From: Bispira polyomma | Lineage: Eukaryota | Reading direction: 5' to 3' | Assembly (NCBI GenBank): GCA_965649765.1 | Contig: OZ287751.1 | Location: forward strand, 55,986,001-56,050,000 | Length of the DNA stretch: 64,000 nt | Shown: positions 24,998 through 49,985 of the stretch, in pieces | Layout of the letters: each line of letters begins with the position of its first letter | Numbering within the stretch: the first letter of the stretch is position 1 | The notes under the pieces: generated by a model | Told to the model about the DNA's origin: nothing | Seen by the model: the letters and a program-made list of their open reading frames with translations, nothing else | Databases searched by the model: none | Program-made: the position numbers and the translations under genes

Positions 24998-27900
24998 TTG
25001 CATTCTCTCCTCGATTTAGCCAGAAATAGATTGTATATAGCAACACTGAATATTATACCGGTATGCCTTCCACTATTAATTTTACAATTACTGGCATTGG
25101 CTGGTGATATTGAAACCAACCCTGGGCCTGTGAATAATACTGAATTGTGCGATGTTTCTATATGTCACATCAACATTAGAAGCTTAAAGCCAAAAATTAA
25201 TAATATATTTTACAAAGTGGAAATCATAAGGCATGAAATTTCACGGAGATACAATATAATTACCTTAAGTGAAACATGGCTAAATGACCAGGATAATCTA
25301 GAGGACTTTGCTATTGATGGATTTCAAATGCCATTTGTTCTAAATAGGAGTAACCTAGGGGGTGGGGTGCTGTGTTGGGTTGAAAATAACATTGCAGCTA
25401 AAAGAAGGATAGATTTGGAATTACCTGAAATCGAAACAATGTGGTTAGATGTCAGAGTTAATACAAATAAGTTTTTGCTATGCGTTGCTTACCGACCTCC
25501 ATTCTGTAGTGACTTCTGGGTTCATCTACAATATAGCCTTGACAACATCATAAGTACCAACTGTAAGAATTTACGATTAATTGGGGACTTAAATGCTGAT
25601 TTCAACTCCTTACAGGGCCAGCACTTGAACAGCTTTTCTACTATAAATAATCTTCGCATTCTTATACATCAACCAACACGTATCACTAATACTACAAGCA
25701 GTGTTCTTGATCAATGCTTAACCAATTTCGCTGCGTTCATCAAAACTTCTGGAGTTGAACCACCTTTAGCAAATAACGATCATTGTACTATTTTTGTAAA
25801 ACTTCTCTTTCGTGTAAAGAAAACAAAATGCTATAAAAAGACTATGTGGGATTTCAGCAAAATCAATATAGAACAGTATAAAAACTCTTGACAACTTTCA
25901 GTGGAACAGTTTATTAAATGAAGATAACATTGATGAAACATGTAAGTTATTTACAGAAAAAATGTTACTATCAGCTCGAGAATGTATTCCACATAAGGAA
26001 GTGACAGTCCGTTCTTTTGATAAACCTTTTTACAATGGCTATCTACGTAGATTTCGACGTAAAGTTAACTGCCTATATTGTAAGGCAAAACGCGCAAATA
26101 CCGTTTCTTCATGGGATAACTATAGGCATGAAAGAAATTTTTATTATCGTGAAGTCAGTCGCTGTAAGAATGACCATCTAAATAAGGTCTACATGAAACT
26201 TAATGCAGAAAATTTCAATAATGGCTCATTCTTTAAACTAGCAAAATGTTTTTTGAAAAAGCCTACTGATAAATCTATTCCCCCTATGTTATCTCAGGAT
26301 GGTACTAGGATAACTGATGATAAAGAAAAAGCAAATGCGTTTAATTCTTTTTTTGCCGAAGCTAGTATATTAAGAGAAGAGCAGGCTCAATTACCAGTTG
26401 ATGACACCCCATTGGGTGGTGTTTTACACAACATTGTAGTGTCAGAAAAAGAAGTACTTGACCAGATATCAATACTTAACTGTAACAAATCATATGGCCT
26501 CGATGGTCTTTCACCTAAATTTATAAAACTAGCAAATCGCTCATTGGTAAAGCCGTTAACAAAATTATTCAACCTTTCATTGTCTACAGGGAAAGTCCCT
26601 AAGCTGTGGAAACAAGCTAATGTAGTACCGTTACACAAAAAAGACAGCAACAATGTGTTAGGAAACTATCGACCTGTATCTCTTCTCAGTATTTTGGGAA
26701 AGATGTTAGAGAGAATAGTTTTTAAATACTTATATAATCATTTTAAAGACAATTTCTTCCTATCAGTTTGGCAATCAGAGTTTTTGCCAGGTTCCTCAAT
26801 AATCATCCAATTAATTGAAATATATAATACATTTTGCTCAGCGGTATCTCAAAACAAAGAAATACGAGTTCTGTTTCTTGATATTTCTAAAGCCTTCGAT
26901 CGCGTTTGGCTTCGGGGATTGTTATTCAAACTGAAGAATTGGGGTATCAGTGGTACATTACTCCAGTGGTTTGAAGATTACCTAAAAGATAGGGTTCAAC
27001 GAGTTGTTATCAATGGTCAATTTTCAGACTGGAGCAAAATATTTGCTGGGGTACCACAGGGGTCAGTACTGGGGCCTCTTTTGTTTTTGGTTTTTATTAA
27101 TGATATTACAGAAGTTGTAAAAAATTGTAGCTTAAGACTTTTTGCAGATGATACTTGCCTTTTTATTGAAGTTGACAATCGAATAGATTCAGCAATTAAA
27201 TTAAATGAGGACCTAAGAAATATTGAAAAATTGTCTCAGAATTGGCTTGTTACTTTCAATCCTTCAAAAACCGAATCAATGATTATTGGCCTCAAACATC
27301 ACAAAAGTGAAAATCCAAGGTTGTACTTACACAACACACCAATTGTTAATGTGGCTAAACATAAACATGTAGGGCTTTGGCTTGAGGATAACTTGGGCTG
27401 GCATATGCATATAGATGAAATCAGTACTAAAGCTGGAAAGCGATTGAACATGCTAAAGCAGTTAAAATATTAAGTTAGCAGAATTACACTGGAAAAAATG
27501 TACTTTGCTTTTATTAGACCCATTTTGGAATATGGTGATGTTGTTTGGGCTGGGGCTAGCCACTCTGATTTACGCAAACTAGATAGTATTCAGGTTAATG
27601 CTATGAGGCTTGTGTCTGGTGCTCCTTTTAGATCAAACATTCGCTCACTCTTTGAGGAACTAGGCTGGCAAAATTTATGCAGTAGGCGTGAACAGCATGT
27701 GTTGATAATGATGTATAAACTTACACATGATTTAGCTCCGAGTTATCTAAAAAACTTAATTCCTCCTACAATTGGAAGTACCATCACATATCAACTTCGA
27801 AACCGACATGATTTTCAGGTTCCAAAATGTAGAATAAATATGCATCAAAGTTCTTTCATTCCAGCTGGGATAAAACTCTGGAATGAACTTGACAACTCAC

Positions 27901-28331
27901 TCAAATATGCAACAACTCTCTCTACATTCAAATACATATTATGCAAACGACAATTTAAGTGTAATGAAAAACTAGTTAAATTCCGTAAAAAATTGTTTGT
28001 TGAAGGTGAACGGTACTGGAATGCAATTCATGCTAGAATGTGCATGAACTGTAGCCCTCTTAAGGAACACCTCACAAAATATTTGCATGTCTTGAGCAGT
28101 TGCACTTGTGACTGTGGCCTATCTGATGAAAATAATACACATTTCCTTTTAGATTGTATAAACTATGCCATACTGAGACAGTTAATGTTAGCTAAATTAT
28201 ATGATATTCCTGCTGTTACAACTGAAACTCTATTATTTGGTAGCCTTGACTTGACATTTGAACAAAACCAGACAATATTTCGAACAGTTCAAGAATTTTT
28301 AAGGGAAACAAACCGGTTTCATAGTTTTTGA
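24998..28331 (+). pseudogene. LINE ORF2 (2A-like peptide, APE endonuclease, reverse transcriptase, C-terminal Cys/His motif) with one frameshift (~25880) and one in-frame stop (27471-27473)
   Basis: EN: HINIRSL, LSETWL, GGGV, YRPP, IGDLNAD, LDQCLTN, NDH. RT: NYRPVSLL, FLDISKAFD, GVPQGSVLGPLLF, LFADD. C-term: CTCDCG...HFLLDC. ORFs 25962-27473 and 27498-28331 are in the same frame. Confidence 0.92.
25073..25129 (+). other. 2A-like ribosomal StopGo sequence (..LILQLLALAGDIETNPG|P) immediately before the APE domain
   Basis: Exact D-(V/I)-E-x-N-P-G-P consensus (GGT GAT ATT GAA ACC AAC CCT GGG CCT, 25103-25129) preceded by a Leu-rich helix. Confidence 0.85.
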
Positions 28332-29528
28332 TCGCTATAGTGCCCACACACCTTCTCATCTTTTCATTCATCATTCCATGTTATTTTTCTATTTTGTTTC
28401 TTTTGTATATATATCTTCCTGCGAGAAGGCTTTATAATAATCTTTTTGATTTTGCCCGATTGTTTTGTTCCAATAAAATATTGTTTATGAAAAAGAATTT
28501 TAATTCAAGGTCAAATCTTTGCATGGCTTTTTACACTTATGTCGAGGGTGTCTTGTTATCTTGTGCCAAATATAAAATTCCTAAATCACTATTCCAAACA
28601 TCAACTAGAAATCTCAGTCAATATTCTGAGATCAATTTCTCTCCAGTGGAACGTTTGTTGTCTGAACATCTATTTTTTCCCCCAAATATTCAATTAGATA
28701 AACCCATTTTCACACTTCCAATTCGAAATTGATTTGCACTAAACTGCATCTTTGATTTTATGAACATTCTATTATTTAAACAAAATCTGGCCCTCCTATC
28801 ATGTTTGAAGAACAGAGGTTCTACTGTATATGAACTTGCATACCCTACAACCCCTTTTCCATCAAATATTGAATCATTTTTCAACATTATACATCTATTC
28901 CTGTGCAAAGTCTGATTCTCTTCGTCATTATTTTTAGTCTCCTCTATGATTAAAAATAATTTTTTTTGAAAATTCAAAATGTGGTCTTGATCATTGTAGC
29001 AACAAGTAAATACCCCGTTTTGCAGGAGAATGCCTTCGAGTTCAGAAAATGTCAGAAACTAAATCAATCCATAACTATACTCATGATAAAGCCATCTATT
29101 TAATCTGGAGAAGATGTCTACAGTAAATTTGCTTTAAATAGGTGGAGCCTAAATTACTCTCAAACTATACCTGTGTTAAATTTGGTGAAGATATCTACAA
29201 TACGTTTCCTTTAAATGAGCAGAAATTGTTGTTCTTTGGGACGGGCCTGAAATTAATCCCAAGCAAGCTATACCTATGATGAACGCATGGTATTAAACTT
29301 TGTGCAGATAGCTGCGATACTTTTCCCTTGAAAAAGCGGAAACCAAACTCAGATGCCCTTTAGCACAAACATAAAATAATAATTTACCACATAGAAATAC
29401 TCAGTATGCTGCAGATTCTTAACTCCTTATTTTTAAATAAGACAGATATGTTAATATTTACAAACAGAACACAGAAGTAAGGTACACTACAAAATAATTG
29501 CATTCTATTTTGTGTTACACAAAATCTG

Positions 29529-30413
29529 TTACCCTAGGAGAGTAAAAAGTAACAAACAAGAAACCAGTATAAATGATGCAATATAATCGGGTAGTTTAAG
29601 TTGTTCTTGCTGGGGTATTATTATTCCGCTTCCATGATGATGTGAATCCCTCCCGGAACTTCTCTTGTTCATAGTGTGAAGTAAACAACAAGGTATGGCA
29701 ATGTTTAGAAGATCTGGTATCATAAGGCCAAGATCTCTAGGCCACTGATGCACATCTCCTTTCTGTAAGAGGACATTGGTCACAAACTGGTCCCAACAGC
29801 TGGCGAGACTGTGAAATGCAGCCACGTTGATCACCATAAGTAGCAGGCGAGGCTTTAGTTCATTTCGGTTATTGCAAAGGTACAAGAGAACCACTGAGGA
29901 CAACAGTTCTGTTAGGCTAAAGATCAACTGATGCAGCCACTGTGTATAAAAATCATCGTTCAGGTAATTGAAATACGACCACCATGTGTAATAGTGCGAG
30001 TAGATTCCACATATAAACAACCATGCCATGGAGAGCCTTAAGCCTTTTCTAAAGCGTAACTTCAGTAAATATTTTGCAGACTCATACAGTGCTATAACAG
30101 CGCACACTGTGATTATCCAGATGAGCATGGTATTTGTTGTGACATTAAAGTATATATGCTTGTAGCCCGCAGGCACCTTTTCATAACCCACTTTAAACAC
30201 TCCATCCCAACAGGTATTGGAACAAAAATAGACATCCAATTTGCTTGTGAAGTACTCCGGCAAAAGTATATGTTTGTAAAGTACCCCAAAGTGTAGAATA
30301 GGCAGTATCACTACTATCAGTCCACCTAAGAACATGGGAATAAGAACGGTTTTCTCATTGCCCCTGAAAAGGTTAAGCAGCTCGTCAAAAAGTTGTATGC
30401 CATCAGCAAGCAT
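29529..30413 (-). CDS. Uncharacterised multi-pass membrane protein (~294 aa, intronless CDS)
   Basis: Long clean ORF; first in-frame ATG at 30413 (MLADGIQ). About 7-8 hydrophobic segments, aromatic-rich core SHYYTWWSYFNYLNDDFYTQWLHQ. An acceptor-like TTTTGCAG at 30492 suggests an upstream non-coding exon. Confidence 0.75.
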   Translation of the reverse strand: MLADGIQLFDELLNLFRGNEKTVLIPMFLGGLIVVILPILHFGVLYKHILLPEYFTSKLDVYFCSNTCWDGVFKVGYEKVPAGYKHIYFNVTTNTMLIWIITVCAVIALYESAKYLLKLRFRKGLRLSMAWLFICGIYSHYYTWWSYFNYLNDDFYTQWLHQLIFSLTELLSSVVLLYLCNNRNELKPRLLLMVINVAAFHSLASCWDQFVTNVLLQKGDVHQWPRDLGLMIPDLLNIAIPCCLLHTMNKRSSGRDSHHHGSGIIIPQQEQLKLPDYIASFILVSCLLLFTLLG

Positions 30414-31567
30414 GATGCAAATTATCACTTGGTTCTCGAAACAAATTCCCACTATCTACTTTTAAATTTACAAGCAGTCCATCATTAATATCTGCAAAAG
30501 AAAATACATGAAAAGTATAAAGTAACTATAAACTATTGAGACCTTCATAGTTTGAAAAAATCTATTACATTGTTGGTGGTTCTTGTCAGGCCAAAGGTCA
30601 GACAGATGCATTTCCTAACTACTATTACATCATGACAATTCTGTTAATTGCTTTTGATTTCTTCTATTTTCGCTAGTCCACATGCTTTAATAGTTCAATC
30701 ATTGACATAAGACAAGTCAAGACAAAATCAATACAAATACTTATGAATATTTAACGAGTTGCTCAAATCAAGGCAGGTAAATGCTTCTTTAATGGCAATC
30801 TAGCACTTGCTTATATATGAACATACGATGACTAAGTACTGGTATAGTAGTATGCGTGAATTGCTTTTAATGCCCTAAAATAATTTTATGCAAGTTATAA
30901 TAGAAGAACTTCAAAACAATTAAAAGAATTGTCATCATGTACATCTTATATTTTCAATGTTTTTATTGGATGTCCCTCAATAAAAATATTCTCAATAATA
31001 GATGATGAGACAGGAAATAAATTAATTTGTTTCAATAAATTAAATGATGATATCGTGAGAGCAAAGTAAATATTTAAACCATGGCATTGTAACAGGAATC
31101 ACATTTTTTTATTAATTTTAGACGTGCAAGTTTAACCATCTACTGCTACCCTGAGCATTATGGGCACGATATGGCTGCATTATAAATAGTTGTAAATTAA
31201 ACAATCTTGAAATACGCAGTTCACAGAAACTGCCAAAGACTTTTTTATTGATAGATGAAAAAACAAGCCAGTCATTATTGCTCCATGCAGTTAACAATAT
31301 TGAAATACGCAGTTCACAGAAAGTGACATCTTTTTTATTATTGATACATATGTACATATATTAACTATGCGCTTAAAATAGTGATATTTAAATATTTACA
31401 CGGTAGAGGTACACTTCAATAATTAAAATATTTGTTAATATTCTATGGATTTCATTCAAATAAAGACAGTTAAAAAAACTACACTAATTTCTCTTTAGTA
31501 TTATGTAACTATGAGATTTGTAACAGCTATAGTTACAGAGAAATAAAAGTTTAAATGATTAAAATTA

Positions 31568-31781
31568 CCCTGTTAAGTATGATAATCGTAGGGGTTTTTG
31601 TCGTGCCGCATTTATTTTGTATATATTTTACGATAAACGTATTTTTTAAAGTACACCGAAAACCCCAAAGAACTTCATACTTAATAAAAATATGTTTATT
31701 GTAAAATACATACAAAGCTAATGCGGTACGACAATAACCCCATTGCGTCGAAAACCCCAACGATCATCATACTTAACAGGG
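31568..31781. mobile_element. MITE with TA TSD (partial second copy ~32146-32277)
   Basis: TA|CCCTGTTAAGTATGATAATCGTAGGGG ... CCCCAACGATCATCATACTTAACAGGG|TA. Confidence 0.8.
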
Positions 31782-31794
31782 TAAATTTTAGTTA

Positions 31795-32020
31795 CAGGGT
31801 TAACGGACAGTGGATAGCTTACCAGTTAGTAGCTTAAAATGTACACAGTTTATCCATTTAACAAGTAATCTGACCACTTTGGATGCAAAGTCTGTATTTA
31901 CAATGAAATTAGTGGTTTAAGTACTTTATATTTTACAGATGGCTTTTTAAATGCAACAAATTTTATGTTTTAAGTTACTGTCCGTTATCGCTGTCCTGTC
32001 CGCTAAGCTGTCCACCCATG
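31795..32020. mobile_element. Tc1/mariner-type MITE, same family as 43838-44071
   Basis: Right end CCGCTAAGCTGTCCACCCATG|TA and internal GTACTTTATATTTTACAGAT shared with the 43838 copy. Confidence 0.7.
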
Positions 32021-32846
32021 TAGAGCTAAAGCATTGGGACCTTACAACATCTTCTACAAACAGGCAATTCTATATGATCATCATTGAGATCTTGTCGTGC
32101 TTAATAAAATATGTATGGTCTTGCATCATGTTTTCAGGGCTATGAGGTTTTCGGCATACCGCATTTACTTTGTACGTATTTTACGATAAATGTATTTTTT
32201 TTAGTACGCCGAAAACCCTAATAAACATCATACAAAGTTAATCCGGTACGCTGAAAAACCCTATTGTGGCGAAAACATATTATGCATGTAGGTTTCATAT
32301 TAATCAATTAGTCTGTCAAAAAAAATTTACATCCGTGGTCGTTACTTCGGCCGGGTCAATACTTCGGCCACTACCACGATATAGGATATAAAACAACAAA
32401 TAAAAAAATCTTTAACAGGACAACACATAAATGTTTTACAACTTACGAAAATACAACTTTTCTCATGCCCAAAATGTCATGTTACCACAGAAATATTCAG
32501 TATAAAGCCGAATGAATTAGCCTTACACTTGATTGCAATATGCAAACCACTTTTAGCGATAGCGAATTCACAGTAAGTCTGAACTTATTTAAGGTAGTGC
32601 TAAAAATGCCCTCTGGAAATTAGGTATAACACTTTATATGATTAAATTTTTTTTTTATTTGTATAAATAAATCTGTGTCAACATATTTTATGATTTTTAA
32701 TGTTTGTTAGAACACTAACTAAAACTTAATTAGGTAACAACCTTGAGGGTGACCGAATTATTGTCCCCCTTTAGTAGAAAGCAACTGTCAACATGGCCGA
32801 ATAAATGATCAGTGAAAATAACAAAAACTGAACACATTTCAGTGTA

Positions 32847-33059
32847 CACGGGTGGTCACAATACCGGTCAGGTCACAATACCGTCCGTTGCATTTTAACA
32901 TACTTTACTGACGGAAATTAATACTGAAAACACATGCTACTTCATGTCTATGAAATAAAGTACAAAATACTTTATTTTATTTTGAAGAAATCTACGTTTT
33001 AAGCTTTAAAATGTGCGTCGAACGGTATTGTGACCCGACCGGTATTGTGACCGCCCGTG
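32847..33059. mobile_element. Complete 213 bp pogo-like MITE (TA TSD)
   Basis: TA|CACGGGTGGTCACAATACCGGTC ... GACCGGTATTGTGACCGCCCGTG|TA; interior colinear with 3791-3977. Confidence 0.85.
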
Positions 33060-33067
33060 TACAGTTA

Positions 33068-33698
33068 CACGGGTAGTACGAATTCTGGACAAAATTTGAT
33101 GTTTTTACTTAAATTTAAGTATGTCACATAATAAAAAATAAAAGTCGAATGTACTGAAATAGGTATACATGAAACACTTGTCATACATAAATATCAATGA
33201 AAAATCTTTTGACAGATTCTTTAAAACAAGGTTTTAAATTTGTTTATATGTGACTGAAGTGGTATGAATTCTAGACAGTTTTGCGGCTACGAGGAAGGGC
33301 AAGGCTGAATGCCACCCAGGGATTGAAATAGCATTTCTGTATGCTTCTTTATCTTTTTTTCTGTTATTATTGATTTTTTTTCATAACTTTATCATTAAAT
33401 CTGAAATAAACAATATTTTAGCAGGTCACTGCTTTGCCACCACAAGATATAAGTAGATGTACTTGAAACACTATATGCAAATGCAATATATAGGACCAAC
33501 TTGTATCTCTATCTATACATTTAAATTATGATTTATTATATATTTTGTCACTTTTTTAGTAAGAAGACATTCAGTAGTGTAAATAAATTACAAGATAATG
33601 TTAGTTTGACATGGTAGTTTTTGTGTATTTCCTGGTATTTCCATATAATTTTATGTATTGTCCAGAATTCGTACCAGCCAGAATTCTTACCACCCGTG
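33068..33698. mobile_element. 631 bp pogo-like MITE (TA TSD)
   Basis: TA|CACGGGTAGTACGAATTCTGGACAA ... TTGTCCAGAATTCGTACCAGCCAGAATTCTTACCACCCGTG|TA. Confidence 0.8.
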
Positions 33699-34339
33699 TA
33701 CTGAAAATTTTGAGGTATGTCATCTAGTGTTTTATGATGTAATTATAGTTAAATACATCTGAATACAGGTACACCTTGAATACATGAAATAAAATCGGTG
33801 AATGGCGAAATGTTCAATCTCGAAATATCTAATAAAATTTCTAATTATCCTGTATTTTCGCTCACGTAACGTGTGTTTTGACAACCCTTTGAAAAAGTAT
33901 AATCGCCGATGACATGATTATGGCTAGCCAGACCCGGGTCTCACTAGCCATGAAAAGTATCTACTATTTTACGGTTAATTTATTCTTATTTTTTTCTAAC
34001 TTCAAAATTCACAGAACAGAACCAATGGTATCTAATAAAGTCAAAGTAAAATTCTGCTTTTTCAGAATTAATGTACAACAACTTGTGCAAAAGGTGTCAC
34101 ATTTTGAATATTTTAGCTCCTATAAATAATAAATATAAATTTGTTCCACTGTATTAAGAGGACTGAGGAGGGCAGTTGGACTGAGGAAATAATCGCAGCA
34201 TATATTCTCATAAGTATTAAATGTAAAATATAAATTTCTTGTCAATAAAAGCAGCTTATTTTGCTGACCAATAAAGATAAAGTCAGTCAAATATCGGGTA
34301 CAAGAAAAACTTCTAGACAAACAACAGCATGTTTAGAAT

Positions 34340-34731
34340 GAAATAACCCATCTTGTGACAATTACTAAAAAAATGGACCATATCACTCAAGTTTTATAAA
34401 GGCTGCACTAGTTTCCTGTACGTCAAGGAATCTAATGTAGTATTTTGTTGGCCTGTAGTACAAAACCATGTCTGCCAGACATAAACTTGTGATCATTGCA
34501 TTTATAATCACAAGAAAGACTTGTAGAACACAAATCACATTTCAAGAGCCTGCAGCATTGTGGCCCCAAAATTATGGAATTGACTGCCTGTTTCTCTCAA
34601 AGCCTGCTAAATATTAATTAAAAACATATTTGTTTAAAGAGTACTTTGCTGAATAATTTATTTAGTTCATTGGGAAACGCCTTGAACAGCATTGGCTGGA
34701 AAGGCGTATAAAACCTTATGTTATGTTATGA
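34340..34731 (+). mobile_element. Old L2 LINE 3' fragment
   Basis: Degenerate HITQVL..LH.FPV, VAPKLWN.LP and LKTYLFKEYF translation, followed by a (TTATG)n tail. Confidence 0.6.
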
Positions 34732-35512
34732 TTTAAAGGTAATAATAAGGAGACATGCCATACATACTTGTATTTAAATATGAGACATTTAAACTGAATA
34801 TTATAGGCATATAATCTACTGCATTCATAGAGGATCTTTTACTATTGCTTCCATTTTAGGGGATCATTATTAGTTTTGTCACTCTGGAGCATATATAACA
34901 TTTAATTTTGACAGACACCTAATTTACCCATGACCCTTACGATGCCTACTATTAGCCAAAATACTGTAAAATATTGACAAGACTTATTATAAAAGTATTA
35001 TATTGTTGTTATGTTGCTTCTTCATACACACAATATGCAAAATCAATTAATTCTTTTATTTGTCTTTTGCGCTGACCTCGAAACACTGTATTTATCTGAT
35101 GAATATGAATACCCCATGCCTGATTTATCATAACAAAAGAGAAACATCTTTTATAATGTGGTGCAACAAAAAGATTTCAAATACAATACAGGTTTGATAC
35201 ATTGATAAAAATACTGGGTTGGTCATATTCATAAAAACTTTTTGTTGTACAAGTTAATGACAACCTGTGTCCAGTTTTCATTGATATTATTCATGTTTCC
35301 TATGTAAGCAAGTATTACAGACTAACAATAATTTATTTTTTTAGGTACATCACATGACTAGGACCAGTAAACAGGTGCTGGTATAACTGAAGCTGGTTGA
35401 ACGACGCAGTTGGGGCCCCAAAATTTAGAAGCTCTATTTAGAACTCATCCAAACTAAAACGCAGCTAGTTTTTTTTTTTTTACGTACTCATCAAAGCTGT
35501 TTTAAAATATAG

Positions 35513-47695
<12,183 letters not shown>

Positions 47696-48009
47696 TAGAT
47701 TATGATTGAAATATGATCTTGTAATATATTTTGAGTAAAAAGCTGTGAACGAGTAATTGATGCTCACTGAAAGAGTCTATTTTTCGCAAAGGACTTGTGC
47801 TCACCCTACCAACTAGAATCTCAACAAATGTTAGGTTATCGCTCGTGTAGATTGTTCTAAACCTTTAAAATACCTTCTACGTTTGTATTGCCATCCAATA
47901 CTATCAATCCAGGTTTGAGGTTTTTACATAGTAATCGATGTTTTGTAATGTAAATGTGCATAGGTTTATAATCTGCTATCAACTCTATTGAGGTCTCAGT
48001 CGACTACAG

Positions 48010-48285
48010 TTTACACCCCCAGCCTAGGTTCTTCCACTTTTCAACCTATTGTTAAGTCCCAGCTCCCTCAGGTAGCATACTCGTGGTGCTGCCACATATG
48101 GCGCACAACGACTAAAACCCATTAGCAGCCAGGTACTCATTTATACACCTGGGTAGAGATGGACAACTTTGTGTGAAGCACCTTGTCCAGGGTACAATAT
48201 CCATGCCTGCAGTGAGTATCGAATCTGACCCCTCATATCCCTCAGAGCCAAAGTCTGACACTCTAACTTCTAGGCCACAGAGACC
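48010..48285 (-). mobile_element. tRNA-derived CORE-type SINE in the C5orf22 3' region
   Basis: GCCAGGTACTCATTTATACACCTGGGT core; head with degenerate A/B boxes; colinear with 7140-7672. Confidence 0.65.
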
Positions 48286-49591
48286 ACAAAGGTTACAATA
48301 TTTTTGTAAAAATTTATTTTCCAGTGGCCCTTTTGCCACAATGCTTGTCCTTTGTAAGTACTAGCACCAGTGTCAGCCCAAGTCGAACTGTTTTAGTTCT
48401 CCAGCCCATGTTGTGCCTGTTTCACCCCTTATTCTGGCATAAATACTGACAGTACAACAGGAATACATCTTGTATGTATCAGCGGTCAATTGCAAACTAT
48501 TGGTTGCATTTCTTCATAAATCTATTTCTATGATTTGTCTGTGTAAATGTATTTATAATAAAACATTTGGTGTTTCATTGAAGTTTGATTAGGGTATAAT
48601 ATTAATATATTCATTTACATTTTTAAGGCTGTTATTCAATGGCAGTGACGATAGTAATTAAACCTTGATTAAGTGAAGAACTCCTTTAGAGAGATAGTAG
48701 AAGGTTGATGAAAATACATGTTGCAGTGTGGTATGAAACTACAGTAATTTAGCATTCAGACTATCAAGATCTTGGCCACGTCTATACCAGATTACCTCAG
48801 ATCATAAGATATCGACTGGTTGGGAGAGAATGGTTGAAAATGCTCATTTCCATATTATTTACCAGATCATGCCCAGAATATACCCAGTTTATGCCCAAGA
48901 TATGCCCTGTTTACGCCCAGGATTTGTCTAGTTTTACCGGACCTCACAAGATTATTAGCAGAATATGCCCAGACCATACCAGATCTAAGCAGATCATCAT
49001 ACGTTTGTGCAATGTTTACTCCATATTACACCAGTCCAGATCACACAAATTTTGACCAGATTATGCCCGGAGCCCCAGATTATGCTCCGACTTATCCAGT
49101 TTTCTCCAAATCTAACTTTCAGAGCTGACTATCCATGGAAGTTTTGAACATGTTCAAAATTTCTGGCTCTGACACCAGATCTTGCCGATCTCTCCAGTGT
49201 ATGCGCAGATGTGTAAAGTTCACTACAGATCACACAAGATCTTAAAATCAAGAGTAAACGGCTTTATACATCGTGAAACTGTGAACACTACATAACATGT
49301 AAACCTGGGTGATTATAAATGAGTTCATGAAACAGAATTTTTACTTAATTGAGGTTGATGCATGAGAGAAAACCACACTGTGTTCTGACAAATCTGTTTA
49401 CAAATTTATTAAGTGTAGAAAATATATACAGATAAACTATGCTATGTTTCTTACATGTTTTATACGTAATATTGTAGAGACTTTGTTGTACAAATAAATT
49501 TTAGTAAAATTTAATACTAGATAAACTGTCTTTATACTTTATGTAGCTTATTTATACATTTTTTACCCCCTATTTTGCTATAAACAAGCAA

Positions 49592-49985
49592 AGAGTCAGC
49601 TAAAGTGTAGAAAAAACTTTCTCAACAAAGTTGAACCTAGTGAAGCTGAAAATACCCGAGCTGCCTTATGGCAAGAGAGACTTGCCAATCTTTCAACAAC
49701 AACCATGTCCATAAGTGCCAAAGAAGAACTCCCACCTGGTGCTGACTCAAACTGGGGGACTGAATGGAAATGTCTTAATAGAATACGATCCAGTGTTAGC
49801 TGCTCAAAAAAAATGGGGATATATGGACACCGTAGATGTGACCTGCACATGTGACACTGAACCACAAACCATGGAACACTTTCTGTGCTGTCCCCTGCTG
49901 GAGCAACAATGCAAAGCTGAAGACCTTGGAGAATACAATGATAGAGCTCAAGGCTGTGTTGAAAACAAAACAAATAAGCACTTTG
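49592..49985 (+). mobile_element. 3' fragment of an I-group (Ingi/Vingi-like) non-LTR retrotransposon
   Basis: Across frameshifts reads LKCRKNF..ELPPGAD..EWKCLNRIRS..KKWGY..CTCDTEPQTMEHFLCCP, a C-terminal Cys/His motif typical of such LINEs. Confidence 0.6.

Larger units (their letters stand above)
22650..28495 (+). mobile_element. Near full-length CR1/Crack-group non-LTR retrotransposon (ORF1-NADAR; 2A-APE-RT ORF2); 5' UTR boundary not determined
   Basis: Co-oriented ORF1 and APE-RT ORF2 separated by ~1 kb; short 3' UTR ending CAATAAAATATTGTTTATGAAAAAG; no TSD identified. Confidence 0.85.

Noticed and set aside
28328-28732. 134-aa ORF following ORF2 as an ORF3
   Set aside because: Non-ATG start, low-complexity U-rich 3' UTR sequence, and it runs past the element's polyA signal into a flanking MITE.
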